From contig OX337239.1 of the NCBI GenBank assembly GCA_946965045.2, positions 1,612,001-1,676,000 on the forward strand: a DNA stretch of 64,000 nucleotides. The letters run 5' to 3'. Positions 31,859-47,972 of this stretch are shown here, piece by piece (the stretch's first letter is position 1; the number at the start of each line of letters is the position of its first letter). Position numbers and translations under genes: made by a program. The stretch comes from Epithemia pelagica (taxonomy: Eukaryota > Protista > Bacillariophyta). The notes under the pieces are model-generated. The model was not told the DNA's origin. It worked only from the letters and a program-made list of their open reading frames with translations, and made no database searches.

Positions 31859-33688
31859 ATGTCCTCCACTCCACTGTTGGATACAACAAAATTTGATGCC
31901 ATTGTGATTGGTAGCGGCTTGGCCGGAATGGCCACAGCGTTGACGATTGCGGATCGAGGAGGGTCCGTACTCATATTGGAAAAGGAGCCCACGATTGGTG
32001 GCAATTCACAAAAGGCCAGTTCTGGAATCAATGCCGCACCGCCTACAACAGCACCCCCAACGGACACGAACGTTGACATTGAAGATTCTACCGACTTGTT
32101 TTATCAGGATACGGTAACGTCCGCTGGTTCTACCTTGGCTCGTCCCGAGTTGATTGCCCGTTTGGTACAAGACAGTGCGGCCGCAGTGGACTGGTTGCAA
32201 ACACGAGTGGGAATGGACTTGTCGGCCACAACGCAATTGGGAGGCCATTCCGCCCGTCGGACACATCGACCCGCTTCGGCCACCACCATTGGACGGGACC
32301 TCGTACAAGGCTTGCAGCAGGCATTGCAAGAGTATTCTACCGATAACTCCAATATGGACCAGAGTTCCAATTCGCCATCACCACAACACCAACACCAACA
32401 CCAACACCAACAACCAAAGGGTAAGGTGACCATTTGGACCCGTTGTCAAGTCACAAATTTGCTGTGGCAGCAACAACAGGAAGATGAATCATCACAAGAC
32501 AGTGGCCGTGTGATTGGAGTGGAATGCATTCGCGACGAAGCGAGTAACGACGATAAGGATAACACGTCGGACAAACCACACCAAGAAAAGACGGCCACTC
32601 CACAACGACTGTATTGCAATCATCATTGTGGCCACGGGTGGTTTGCGGGAGGTCCTTCGTCCTCCTTTTTGAGCCAACATCGACCCGACTTGAAGGATTG
32701 GCCCACCACGGCAGGTGCCTTTTCCACCGGTGATGGCTTGACCTTGGGCATGGCCGTGGGAGGCTATTGCGTCGATATGGACCAAGTTCAAATTCACCCC
32801 ACCGCCTTTGTCGATCCAGTCCACCCACAGGCACGGAGCAAAATTTTGGCAGCCGAATTGTTGCGGGGAGTGGGAGGCCTCTTGCTCAATGCGGACGGAC
32901 AACGCTTTTGCAATGAATTGGGATCACGCCAGTATATTGTACAACAACAGTTACAGGAGTATTCCCATGATGACCCCAACAACCATGGCAACAACAAAAT
33001 CCCTGACCACACTACGTCCTCTTCCTCCTTGTCCACCACCACTGGTACGCTCCCGTCACCCTTTTACTTGGTCTTGACAGAAGCGGCCGCACAAGAAGCA
33101 CCGACTCATGTCAAGTTTTATACATTCAAGGGTTTGTTGACCAAAGTGCAAGGCCTACAAGCTTTGGCCGACTATCTGCAATTGCCCTCTGTATCCACGC
33201 TCCAACAAACCTTGGTCGAGTATCAAGAGGCTGCTGCTGCCGCAGAATCCACGGGACCCTCCTCCACTCCGACTGTACAAGATCCGTTTGGCAAGACGGT
33301 CTTTCGGGGAGTACCTACGGTTCGGCCCAACAACGACCAACACAATGATAGTCTCACGTTTTACGTTGGTCAAGTCACACCGGCCTTGCATTATTGCATG
33401 GATGGTTTGGCTATGGATGCTCAAGGTCGTGTGTTGCGACGACGACAACAACAACAACAACAACGTTCCTCCACGGACCAGCTGGACAAACCAAACTCCA
33501 ATTCACATGAGGATTCAGAATGGATTCCGGGATTGTATGCTGTGGGAGAAGTCACGGGAGGAGTCCATGGTGCCAATCGATTGGCCGGCAATTCCTTGTT
33601 GGAATGTACAGTCTTTGGTCGACTGGTGGGCCAATCTATTCCGATTCCCAATGCGGCCGATCCAAGCACACAAGAGGCAAGGTCCTAG
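31859..33688 (+). CDS. Stand-alone soluble fumarate reductase paralog with damaged conserved motifs (possible pseudogene)
   Basis: [48 protein letters not shown] and [16 protein letters not shown] are present. VILATGGF is scrambled to HCGHGWF and HYCMGG reads HYCMDG. The frame is open upstream to 31337. Confidence 0.8.
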   Translation: MSSTPLLDTTKFDAIVIGSGLAGMATALTIADRGGSVLILEKEPTIGGNSQKASSGINAAPPTTAPPTDTNVDIEDSTDLFYQDTVTSAGSTLARPELIARLVQDSAAAVDWLQTRVGMDLSATTQLGGHSARRTHRPASATTIGRDLVQGLQQALQEYSTDNSNMDQSSNSPSPQHQHQHQHQQPKGKVTIWTRCQVTNLLWQQQQEDESSQDSGRVIGVECIRDEASNDDKDNTSDKPHQEKTATPQRLYCNHHCGHGWFAGGPSSSFLSQHRPDLKDWPTTAGAFSTGDGLTLGMAVGGYCVDMDQVQIHPTAFVDPVHPQARSKILAAELLRGVGGLLLNADGQRFCNELGSRQYIVQQQLQEYSHDDPNNHGNNKIPDHTTSSSSLSTTTGTLPSPFYLVLTEAAAQEAPTHVKFYTFKGLLTKVQGLQALADYLQLPSVSTLQQTLVEYQEAAAAAESTGPSSTPTVQDPFGKTVFRGVPTVRPNNDQHNDSLTFYVGQVTPALHYCMDGLAMDAQGRVLRRRQQQQQQRSSTDQLDKPNSNSHEDSEWIPGLYAVGEVTGGVHGANRLAGNSLLECTVFGRLVGQSIPIPNAADPSTQEARS

Positions 33689-34170
33689 ACATGAGAGCAA
33701 TTCTCCATTTCGAAAGTATGCTTTCATGAGTGGAGTTTCTTGTTTTGCTACGGCATGTCCAGTGCAAAACCCTAGGAGTAGTATGGGACACATGCATTTC
33801 TTTACCGGCACAATCTATCACCACCACCAGTTTTGCTAGAGAAGAAACTTTCATTTTCATCAACGGGCTTCAATTGTAAATAGACAACTTGTCTATCCCC
33901 GTTTTTGTGACGGGATAGGAGTGGGTGCCTTGGTCATGGTTATTTTGGAGTATTATGTTTGTGGTTGGGGTATGCATAGTCTATGTACTCCTAAGGTTAA
34001 GCCGCATCCTCTTTTTACGACGATGACCCATGAGCGACTAAAATGGATGAGCACAAAGAGGGAACCAAGTGCGACTGAATGGAACCGCCTGTCTTCGTCG
34101 GTTGCTAAAAAATGAGTCCATCTTTCCATCCAACAACTCATTGAATAAGTTCTATCTGTTGCCGACGGCA

Positions 34171-37827
<3,657 letters not shown>

Positions 37828-38083
37828 CACAGCGCATGTCTTTGGCGTCCCGAAAGGACTGGATTGGAAACTTCGTAACGAATACGGATTATATGGTCTT
37901 GCTGGTGGAGGTGGTGACCTTGTTTCATGATCAAGGAGAGAGTTATCTATTGTATGTAGTCTTTATGTAATCTAAAACGGGGTGTGTGTCGGGCGAGACG
38001 TGCCAAGTGTCACAACGTCCATAGCAGTAGCGGTTTTGTGTGAAGAGTGGTGTCGACCATGGGTCTTGTGGTTGTGGTGGTGG

Positions 38084-39727
38084 TTAGACGGTGGGTCGGT
38101 GACTGTCCTCCAGTTCGGGTTGTGGGACAACACCAAGGGAAGGTTGCAGCAAGAGAGATACTTCGTCTTCGTCTTCCTCTGGGTGTTCCATGGTTGTTAC
38201 TGTCAGTTCCGTTTCGGAGGTCAAAAACAAGTGGGAGTCCAAAGGAGTGCTTGTTTCTTCATTTGTGTTCTTGTTGGTTTGTGTTATTTTGAGCACAGAT
38301 GGAGGAGACGGTGGTGCGGACGACGACGATGGCATGAGTTGAGCGGCCCATTTGGCTACCAACGGTCTCAAGACGGGAGATCGAGACGCACTCCGACCAT
38401 CGATGGACTCTTTGCCAGATTTCGTGGTCTTACTACTGTGTGTGTTGGACGCTACGGTGCAATTTGCTTCATCCTTACGGTTGTCCTCTCCCTTGTTATT
38501 AGTGTCGTTGGTACCTTCCAGTTGCAAATGGTTGGGTGGAACTGTGGCATCGGTCAGGGTCACCTCGTGAGGTGGAGATAGAGAAGACGGCGATGGAGAT
38601 TCGTCCTTTTTGTGTGAGGTAGTTTCCGTAGCCGTTGTCATCGTTGTTGTGGGGTCCAACGACTTGATAGCTTTGGGTGATTCCTGTTGCGATGTTGTTG
38701 TTGTTGTTGTGGTGGTGGTGGGATGGGGGGATGGATGATGAATTTGATGGGGCCAAATAAAGCCCAAAATCTTATCCTCCTGTTTGGTAGTAGGGTTCTT
38801 TTTGGTCGAAGTCGTTTCATCATGTGAAACATGCACCGAGACCTCGTTGGGAGTAGTCGAAGTACTTTCGGGTTCTTTTGGTGCTGGTTGTTGTTTGTGT
38901 TGTGGATCTTGTGGTTGTTGTTCTGGTTCCTTTTTGGTTTCACTAAAAGAGGATTCCACGACGTCCTTTGGATGATGGGGTTTGGAAGATTTGGAAGGCC
39001 ACATGAAACCAAGAATCTTATCGTCTTGTTTGTGTACTGCCTTTTGTTTCGGATGGCTCGTGTGACTGTGAGTGGATGCCACTTCATTCCGACTGTCGTC
39101 ATCCGTTGTGGTAGCAACACTTTGATCTTTGGAGGGCAATCGATGACGATGATGCGAGTCGTGATGATAAGACGAATGGAGGGCATGCGGGTCCGTAGAT
39201 GTCGTTGTTGTGGAATGATCTGCCGTAGGATTGGATTTGGTGGGTTTGGAGGGATTCTTTTTGGGCGACAACATGCCTTCGAGAAACTTGCCCGCCAATT
39301 TGGGAAAGCCTTCTCCTGCCGATCGAGCAAAATCTTCTTGTGTTTTGGCCATGGTATCCGACATGATTTGCATCGTTTCATTCAAATCCGGTTGTTTGAC
39401 AAATTGGTTCATGCCCTGTACCATGATTTCTGCCCCCGCTTGTTGGACGGCCGGATGCGACAAGACTGCAGCGGTAAAACTTGCACACAATTCCACCAGG
39501 CCAGCCAGTATTGCGGCCAGCAATTCCGAAAGGTATCGGCCGACCATTGCCACCAAACTGTTGCCGCCATTGGGCTGTGTTGGATCCTTTTGAGTCGTCG
39601 GAGACAAGGACGAATCTTTTGTCGTCATCGTCAAGGAACCACCACTCACAGTTGTATCATCACTCTCCGTCATGGTTGCTGGAGGGTTGCCGCTTTTGCT
39701 GTTATTGGGAGACGTGCTACTCATCAT
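38084..39727 (-). CDS. Hypothetical low-complexity (Thr/Ser/Pro/Lys-rich) protein with one conserved-looking helical segment
   Basis: Long open frame. An amphipathic block (YLSELLAAILAGLV...FPKLAGKFLEG) and an internal repeat (KQ-DKILGF-WP, twice) are visible. Confidence 0.6.
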   Translation of the reverse strand: MMSSTSPNNSKSGNPPATMTESDDTTVSGGSLTMTTKDSSLSPTTQKDPTQPNGGNSLVAMVGRYLSELLAAILAGLVELCASFTAAVLSHPAVQQAGAEIMVQGMNQFVKQPDLNETMQIMSDTMAKTQEDFARSAGEGFPKLAGKFLEGMLSPKKNPSKPTKSNPTADHSTTTTSTDPHALHSSYHHDSHHRHRLPSKDQSVATTTDDDSRNEVASTHSHTSHPKQKAVHKQDDKILGFMWPSKSSKPHHPKDVVESSFSETKKEPEQQPQDPQHKQQPAPKEPESTSTTPNEVSVHVSHDETTSTKKNPTTKQEDKILGFIWPHQIHHPSPHPTTTTTTTTTSQQESPKAIKSLDPTTTMTTATETTSHKKDESPSPSSLSPPHEVTLTDATVPPNHLQLEGTNDTNNKGEDNRKDEANCTVASNTHSSKTTKSGKESIDGRSASRSPVLRPLVAKWAAQLMPSSSSAPPSPPSVLKITQTNKNTNEETSTPLDSHLFLTSETELTVTTMEHPEEDEDEVSLLLQPSLGVVPQPELEDSHRPTV

Positions 39728-39827
39728 CCTGGGGAACAAGAAGAACTCACCCAGAATTCGTGGTTGTTGCATCCTCTCTCGTCCTCTCAATCCGTTTGGT
39801 TCTTCTCCCTTGGAGAAGAAAAAAAGT

Positions 39828-39876
39828 AGCGAGACTGAAAAAGTGTCAGGAGTCCTGACACTTTTTCAGTCTCGCT
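39828..39876. repeat. Perfect 24-bp inverted repeat with a 1-nt spacer (49-bp palindrome)
   Basis: AGCGAGACTGAAAAAGTGTCAGGA-G-TCCTGACACTTTTTCAGTCTCGCT. Confidence 0.95.
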
Positions 39877-40488
39877 GGTCAGGAGAGACAGAGGGCACTC
39901 GCAAAAAAACTCGAGACTGCGGAGAGATGGAACGTTGGATACTATAGGGCCAAACAGTACTAGGTCGCTCCAACCATCGTGCGCGGTCGAACATCCAGCG
40001 CATCGCGCACGGAACCAGGTGCACGTCTTTTGTCATTACAGTCCTCAGACACGTTGCACGAGTCATGCGACCAAAATAACAAACAATAACGTCACCGCGC
40101 GACGGAGTATCCACGCGGAGGGAATCGTGTGGTAGAAAAAACGCTATGTGTCCGCAGTCTAGGGCAATGGTCTGTATCTAAACAACAACAATGACGACGA
40201 CGTTTGCGGCCAAGATACTCCTAGCTACTCCAGCGTGAGATGAACACGCCACAATCGGAACGAAGGTGACAAAAATGGGAGTAGAGACCCACGAACCGTG
40301 TGTCTTGTCTCAGTGGACAATGTCCTGTTTTCCAGTCCATCTCGCCTAGCCAATGAATCTCCTGCGAGAAAGAAACTGGGAGAAGGGCGAACATGACTAC
40401 CACTAATCATGGTGCGGGAGTACTCATTTCAACCCAAACATAAAAACCGCGGAAAGGAGTCACACAGGTGTTCTAGGTAGATAGTTTT

Positions 40489-43400
40489 CTATAGCTCATC
40501 GTCCGTTTCCTTGTCTTCCGTAGATTCTTCGGTACTGCTAGGTTCCCCGTCTTCGGTGGTGTTGGTGGCGTTTTCGGCATTGGTGGCATTTTCCGCGTTG
40601 GTGGTATTGGCATCCTCTTCGGTGGTCGTCGTTGTTGTTGTTTTGGCTGGTTTCGGTTTGGGCTTTTTACTCAAGCGCAACAGTAACGACTCCAAAGGTT
40701 TCAGTTTCTCGGCCAACTCAGTACTGAGATAGGCAGGATCTTCGTGGGCAGCCTTGGAACTTTGGGCTTCCTCCAACTCGGTCATATTCCCTCGAACCGT
40801 ATCAATGCGGTCCGTCACCTTTTGACGTTCTTCGTCCGTGATATGGGGCATGGTCGTCGTCCATTTTTCCAACAGTTCCTCCGCTTGGTTCAAGCGTTGT
40901 TCCACTGTTTTCACCATTTCCGGTCGTGCCGTCTTTTCCCGTTGTCGTAACAAAATCTTTTCAAAAGGCTCGGACAATTCCAAAAACTTGTCTTCCAAGG
41001 TCGCCAAGTCGGCCGTGTAACCATCCTCTTCCAACCAGAGTTCCGTTTCGGAGGCAACCGTTTGGCAGGCCTCACGTTGCTTGTCCGTGGAGACGGTGGA
41101 AAGTTCCTCTTCGTCGTCAATCAACTTGTTCTTGACCATAAACATGTAACTCTCCACCTTGTTCTTGGCTTCTTCTAACATTATTCGCTCCTTGTCTGCC
41201 TTATCCATGGCCTCAAGTTTGGCTTGGGACGCGGCCATGAGAGATTCCCAATGCGGTTGAACCTTGCCCTCGTAATAGGTATTCACCTTGAGACTACGCT
41301 TGAGCAATCGCTTCTTTTCCTGTGGGACAAAGGCAGGTCCATGACGAGGATGCACACCAAACAACTATAGGTGAGCTCTGTATGATAAGTACATGGGACA
41401 CGACAACCAAAAACATGAACAACCAAACTCTTCACTTTTACAACGTACCTTCTCCACTTTGATCGTCTTCTTTTTCTTTTTCTTTTTCTCGGGGATAGCC
41501 TCTTCCGTACTATTGCCAGCCTCAGTCTCATTGGCATCCGTCTCGTTTGACTCAGTTTCGGATTCCTCGGATTCCTCCTTGTCCGCAGTCTCGTCCTTGG
41601 CATCTTCTGTTGTTTCTGACGACTCTGTCTCGGTAGCATTGTCGTCCTTATCTTCTTCTTCGTCGTCCACCTCCACTTCTTCTTCCACGGTGTACGTCTC
41701 TTCCATGCTGGCCTCGGCCTTGACCAAGGACGTAATGCCGGAAGCAGACAACTCAAATTGCAAAGAGACCTTTGGTTTGCTTTCCAATCCTCGTTCTTGC
41801 ATCTCCTTGGAGAATTCTTCCACGCCACTGATTTCAAATCGTTCCAACGACAAATCAGATCCCGGCGCATGCAATTCCGACTCGACATAGTCCAACGAAC
41901 AGTGGACATCTTGGTCATGCGTAAAGGCAATCGTCTTTTTCACGCCCATCTTACTATTGGCCTTGAACAAGGTGGCCTTCTTGTTCCACACTTCGTCCTC
42001 ACCTTCCTTCTTGGCTGGTTCGGTATAGGGTTGGAATTTGCGGTCCCATCCCGTCGCTTCCGTTTCGTCTTTTGTTTCCTCCGTGGCAATGGACGGTCCG
42101 AGATTGTGCAGGGTAATTTGTTGTGCCAGTGGGGCAATATCCGTCATGCCGACATGGCGAACCCGAAAGGCGGTACTCACATTGGCACCCGCAAAGGCGG
42201 CACCCAACGCCATGGATTCATCCGCATTCATGTGCAATCCCAATTCCACTGGTTCCAGGGCTGCCGCCAATTTGGTTTGAACCGAAGGAACACGCATGCC
42301 TCCGCCCAACAATTCGACACCGGTCAAATTGGAGGTGGTCATTTCGGCCATTTCCAAGGCACGCAAGACAGGTTGTACCGCTCGTTCGAGCAAGGGTGCC
42401 GTCATGGTTTCCAAATCGTCCCGCGTCAAGGTGAATTTCAACGACACATCGTCGTGCAAGGCATCGAGTTGTATGGGATATTCATTGTTGGCCGAGAGAA
42501 CATGTTTGGCCTTGTTGGCCGCCAACCGTAACTTGGTCATGGGACGTTGAACCTGGCGAATATCTTTGGAGTCATCACCAGTCTTTTCTCTCCATACTTT
42601 GTTGAATTTGTCCGCCATAAAGTCGACCAAGAACTTATCCCATTCGAGGCCACCCAGTGTCGTATCAAACGCCTTGGCCAAGACTTGGAGAGCCGGTGTT
42701 GGTTTGGGTTTGGCAAAGCCCGATTTATGGTCGTACGAAAAGAATTTGACAATCGACACCTGCAAGGACGACGCTCCCATGTTGTAAAAGAGAATGACTT
42801 GTTCTTCGTCAAAGTTCTTGTCCGTCGCATAATGCAAGGCGGCCGCCGTGACTTCATCAATCAATCCCAATACATTCAAATTGGCCAACTTGGCGGCATC
42901 GAGCAAGGCCCGTCGTTCCACCTGTGTGTAAAAGGAGGGGACGGTCAAGACCAGGTCCGTGGGGGGAGGAATGACCGACCCTGCCTCCTTGGCATACTCT
43001 ACACTAATGTCCACGGCATGATACAACACCATGGCCACCAACTCCTCCGGCGTAAACTCTCCCGCTTTGGGTACCGTCAAGGTCAATCCCTTGCGGGTTT
43101 CATTGTAAGTTCCCTGCACTGGAAAGTGACGATCCACCATTGCCTAAAGAGATGGGGTCAAAACACACAAGGACAAGAAACCAATACGAGAAATGTGCTT
43201 AGATGATGAGAAAAAGCGTCCACAAGGCTGTCACAGAAATGCCATGTCAAGGACATCCAGTCCACTCTCCGCTTTGCCGAACAAGTCTCCTCCCGTCGGC
43301 CATGGCCGGCAGTCATTCGTTTCTGTCTTACCTGCACACTGGGATGCGATTCGGCTCGTCCCAACAGTTCGGCCATACTGGTGGGTGTCAAATGCGCTTT

Positions 43401-43655
43401 GCGCTGCAACAATCCGTTGGCATCGGCACCAAAGAATCGCTGTTTTTGATCAAACAAGACCATTTGTTCCGTTTTGCGTTTGGAATGCAAATTGGTGACA
43501 ATCACCAAGGGACTGCCCGATCGCACCAATGCTACCTTCATGTACATGGCACCCAAATCGACTCCCAATACCGATCGGCCATTCACCGACACGGGAAACA
43601 ACACACAAATGCAACCCAGCAACACTAGCAAGAGAGTTGTTCGTGTGCAGGTCAT
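40489..43655 (-). CDS. HYOU1: ER-luminal large Hsp70 (HYOU1/GRP170/Lhs1); 3 exons
   Basis: Exons 43655-43332, 43143-41449 and 41319-40489 are joined by GT-AG introns. Signal peptide, VLGVDLG, NLHSKRKT, EELVAMVL, FYNMGASS, ELLGGGMRVP, NADESMALGAA, EEAKNKVESY and a C-terminal DDEL retention signal. Confidence 0.95.
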
Positions 43656-43958
43656 GGTGGTGCAACCACCTTTGGTTTTCGAGCTCTGGCCTGAGCGATT
43701 ACCAGGGGCAGATGATGGAGCAAACAAGTCCTTCATTTTGTGTACAGTCTCTTTCCAATCTTCTTTGTTCAAATGCAACCAAAGCTATTAACAAACTTTT
43801 CTCTTCGTTGTATCTGTTGGTCCACCGTTTGTGCAAGAGCGTCTTTCCCCGATGATTGGGTTGGGACCGCGCTGTGTGGTCTCTTTTGCGATGACGAGAA
43901 TGACGGATGCACTACGGATCGAGCACAAGGCGCAAAAGTGTTGTGTGTTTCCCAATTG

Positions 43959-43966
43959 CCACGTGG
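43959..43966. promoter_or_regulatory. Palindromic CCACGTGG motif about 304 bp upstream of HYOU1
   Basis: Sequence seen directly; function inferred only. Confidence 0.3.
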
Positions 43967-44136
43967 GAATCCTGTGTGCCGTACGTACCGACGTAACAGG
44001 TCATGAGCCTTACCAAAAGCGACCCAAAAGTAGACGACCCAAAAATGCGATCGCCTGGAAGACTCCCATTGCGGTTCCATTTTTTGCAACATCCGCCAAA
44101 CCCTACCAGAGCTTTGGAGTCGACTTGATTGATGCA

Positions 44137-45267
44137 ATGGTAGTTCCCACGTTGGATCGCCGGAGTCGGACCACCTGTGATGGAGGGTTACGAAGAGAGG
44201 TCCAAAAATGTCTCTTGCTATTATCGGTTCCGTTGCTCTTTGGTCTACTGCTGGAAGGGTCGGGATGGTGGTGGTGTTGGGATCACAGCATGGAAATTCT
44301 TGTCGACAGTGGTCGTGGGTTTTGCAACCATCCAGGAGGTTGGTTTCCCAAATCTTCTTCTTCTGCTTCTTCGTATTCGATAGTGCGATACAAGCCATCC
44401 ACCGCAACCACTGTGGCTCGCCAGAACAGCAACCAGACGACACAGCGACCGTTGTCGGGTGCCTTTTCCTTGTTGGTCACGTTGGAGTTTACAAAACTGG
44501 AATGGAAGGACCAGTTTTTACAAGAGATTGTTCCTGTAGCCAATTATGTGCATTCCAACGAACCTCAGACCTTGTGTTACCAAGTACTGCATCCACAGCT
44601 CACAAGCATGACCCAAAAACCTTCCCTCCCCACAACAACCAGCCGCAGCAGCAGGACGCTGATAACCGCCACTACAGCATTGGTATGGGAACGATACCAA
44701 GACAAACAAGAGGCCTATTTGACAATTCACAAGTCCTCTCGTCCCTTTGCCACATTTCGAACCAAACTACAAGAAATGGCCAATCAACAGCGAGTCCAGA
44801 TTTCCGGACATTCCTACAGGGATCTTCTTGTTGCAACGCACAACCAGGACGTCTTGGAGTCTCAAGACGCAGTACCCTATCCAACTACCATCATGACACA
44901 AATGACAGAAATCCATTGTGTGAACGAGACAATGAAACGTAATATCGTCGTTCCCGAATTAATAGACCTCATGGAAACCCATCTGCGAATCAGCCTGAAT
45001 ACAAGTCGACAAAAGAGGAGAAGGACGACGACAAGAACCATACAAACCGTGTCGCTGCAAGTTCTAGAATCCGATCAAGATCCAACGCGTCTTTTAGTCG
45101 TTCACCGATACCGTTGTTCCATGAAAGAGACCACGGAACCCATTGCGATTCCACAACTATTCGATGATTGGTTGAAAAATCTTGTGCATCGAAAGACCAT
45201 TTGGCTTCAAACCATTTGGTATATTGACACGAGTGTAGGATTTGTAGACAGATCCATTCCTACTTGA
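44137..45267 (+). CDS. ABM/Dabb-family (antibiotic biosynthesis monooxygenase-like) domain protein; start uncertain
   Basis: FSLLVTLEF...F...VANYVHSNEPQTLCYQV...WERYQDKQEAYLTIHKSSRPF. A second, more degenerate unit follows (LQVLESDQDPTRLLVVHRY). Confidence 0.7.
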   Translation: MVVPTLDRRSRTTCDGGLRREVQKCLLLLSVPLLFGLLLEGSGWWWCWDHSMEILVDSGRGFCNHPGGWFPKSSSSASSYSIVRYKPSTATTVARQNSNQTTQRPLSGAFSLLVTLEFTKLEWKDQFLQEIVPVANYVHSNEPQTLCYQVLHPQLTSMTQKPSLPTTTSRSSRTLITATTALVWERYQDKQEAYLTIHKSSRPFATFRTKLQEMANQQRVQISGHSYRDLLVATHNQDVLESQDAVPYPTTIMTQMTEIHCVNETMKRNIVVPELIDLMETHLRISLNTSRQKRRRTTTRTIQTVSLQVLESDQDPTRLLVVHRYRCSMKETTEPIAIPQLFDDWLKNLVHRKTIWLQTIWYIDTSVGFVDRSIPT

Positions 45268-45596
45268 TCTCACTCGTTTGGGTTGGCAGCAGACATGAAC
45301 GATGAAGAGAACGAGTAGGTAGCAAGTTGCGAACGACAAACAAACAAGCACGTCGAGGCAGCTGACCAGAAACCAGAGAGCTATCTACAACGCGACAGAC
45401 AGAACCGAGGAGGTTTTGTTCCACCACAACAGTGTTCACTCACAAATATTGTGGAATTCAGCTTGATCAATTGGAGACTCATTGGGTTTCATGCGTCCAA
45501 TCTTCGCTACCAATCGCTCGCATGATCAAACTCTTAATAAATAAATATGAATAAATCTAGAAGTTGATTACAAGTTTCTCTAGGGCGTGGTGGCGC

Positions 45597-47972
45597 CTAT
45601 GCATTTGCCGAGGTGGTGTGCTCACCCAGACTTTCCGTCTCGGTGCACGTTTCCACTGTACTGGGCGACTCGCTCACTACGGCCACCATCTTCCGAACTG
45701 GCGTTGGTAGTTCCTGCGAGGTATTCAACTTGGGGCTTCGTCGAGCGCTTCCTCTGCCGGGTGAATAAGACGCCGAGTAGCCTCCATAATAAAATGCACA
45801 CGTTTGACTCGCCGGTGCCATCATAAACTGTGTCGCAGGGGACGGGGGAGCATATCCTCCTCGAGCCCCATAGTGTCCATAGCCATATGGGTACCCACGC
45901 AGCAGTAGGGGTTGTGCTGACATGGATGATCGAGCATCAACAGATTCGTCCACAAGAGGGGGTGGTGGAGGCAAGTGCATTCGTGCTGAACCAGGACGAT
46001 TCGGGGTTGAAGGCGACTTTGCGGGCGTCGCAAGGCTTTGCGCAGCACCATCAACCAAATGGGACCAATATGGCGAGAATTTTTGATGCTGTTGTGGACT
46101 TTGCAGAAGTGGACTGGCCTTCAACTGAGGGGTGACTTCGCTCGTGTGATCCTCTTTCTGTTCCTTTTCTGTGCTCCCCTTCGGATCTTGGGAAGGAGAG
46201 GCATCCACGGGAATTTCGTTCAAGTAAGGATGCACACCATAAGGTGCAAGAGCAGGATCAAGCCATCCCTGGTGTTGATGATGAGGTAGAATTGAATGAT
46301 ACCCATCATGTTGGTTGGGATCCATGTGGTGGTATTGAGTACTATTCTGGCCATAAAGATGTGGATTTTGGTAAAACGGCACGTATTGGTGGTGTGGGGC
46401 AACATGAGGCTGTGGTGGTGGGTAGTCTGAGTACTGCGGTGCAAAACCACTTTCCGTTGAAATACCAGACTGTACCGAAGAGCTGTCTCCGTACACCATT
46501 TGTTGATCGTACACGGAATTGTTGGTAGGCCAATACTGCGGTTGGCCTCGAAGGTTTTGATGCTGCTGTGCTGCATACCGTGGACGCCGCATTCCAGAGG
46601 CATTAGCATGTTGAGGGGACGCCGAAATAGTACCAGAAGGCGATTGTCGTGGATACGCCGGCGGTTGTCCTCCCGCCTTCTTCGGAGCTTCAATTGTGGT
46701 AGGTATCTCCCGCAACTGATCGCGCTGAGTGGCCATTGCTCTCAAAAAGTGAGCATCAATCTGTGAGCGCAAAAGAGGACTATCGACATCGCCGGGTTCA
46801 TTGAGAGGCCGGAGTTTGAGTTGCCGTATATGCGAATGCAGAAATTCTTCTTCGTTTTCAGCTGTCCATCCATTGAAATGTTGCAAGCAATTCATCCATT
46901 CTTCCGATCCAAAAAGTGAAACCGCCGCCAAATGATCCGACACAGCACAAACTTCTTCCCTCAAAAACACTGCCACCGGAGAAACTGAGTGCTTCACATC
47001 AGCGCCATTGCGCTTCAGCTTCTTGATGCACTTCGCCAAAAACTTGTGGTAGTGAATAAAAGGCCACAAATATCTGATCGCAACAACAAACAAATTGAGA
47101 TCCTGAACTTGTCTTTTCTTTCTCACGTGTACACCAACTCACCTCCATCTTTTGTTGTGAGAATTTGGTTCAATCCAAGGGTTCTTTCCAGACTTGGCTT
47201 CCCACCATGATCGACTAGGTTTCCAAAGTTGTGTGCGGCTAGCCCCCGAAAGTGCATGGACAGGATTTTCGTATTCCTTTTCGCCCATGGCTTGCAAAAA
47301 CGTAGGAGGACAAGCCTGGACTTCAAAAGAATCCTCGCGTGTGCGATTGGAAATTGCATCTAGGAGCCATGTTTCTTCGTCAAGCATTGCACTCTTTGCC
47401 TCAGGTCCCTCCTTGATGGTTTCGGAACCTGTAACGGCCTGTACCAAAGGCGACTGCTCTTCCTTGTTCTCCTCCTTGATCAATGGATCGTTTGCGGCCA
47501 TTGCAGCCGCTTCCTTGTTGATATCGTGAATGACAGCATAGAGAGAAACTCGACTTACAAGCGCTGGAGATAGATCACGGCTCAGGTCACGATGCAGATT
47601 GAATTCGTAAGGAGGCAAAACATTATTCTTTTTGGGTGTTGCCGGAGAAGCAGATTCCAAATGTTGAGTGACGGAAGTGGGTGAAAACAAGGGTTCCGTT
47701 TCTTTCTTCGTGGTTGGCTTTCCAGTACTGTTGTTCAAGGATGATTTCGGTTCATTGGGGGTGGATTCCGCAGTTGATGATTCGGTAGACACACACATGG
47801 CTTCAAAGGCTTCCGTCAAGTTCCGGCGAGGAATTGGTTTCTTCTCATCCGGGCTGGCAATCGGTGCCCCGAGGGCCAGCTCACTTTCTACACTCGCAGT
47901 GTCGCGCTCCGCCACCATCGTTTTGTTCAAGTTCCTTTGGTGATGCGAATGAGAAGATGAGCTTTCAGTCAA
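45597..47972 (-). CDS. Hypothetical protein, 2 exons, with a conserved-looking Trp-rich central block and a Pro/Gln-rich tail
   Basis: Exons 47972-47143 and 47073-45597 are joined by a 69-bp GT-AG intron, giving KPSRSWWEAKSGKNPWIEP..NKRW|RYLWPFIHYHKFL in frame. Confidence 0.8.

Noticed and set aside
33893-33918. Small hairpin containing GTGACGGGA, the same 9-mer as the MITE subterminal motif
   Set aside because: A short bulged stem with no TIR or TSD; compatible with chance.
38831-43206. Long + strand ORFs 38831-39829, 41758-42531 and 42547-43206
   Set aside because: They are antisense shadows of better-supported minus-strand genes and have no motifs of their own.
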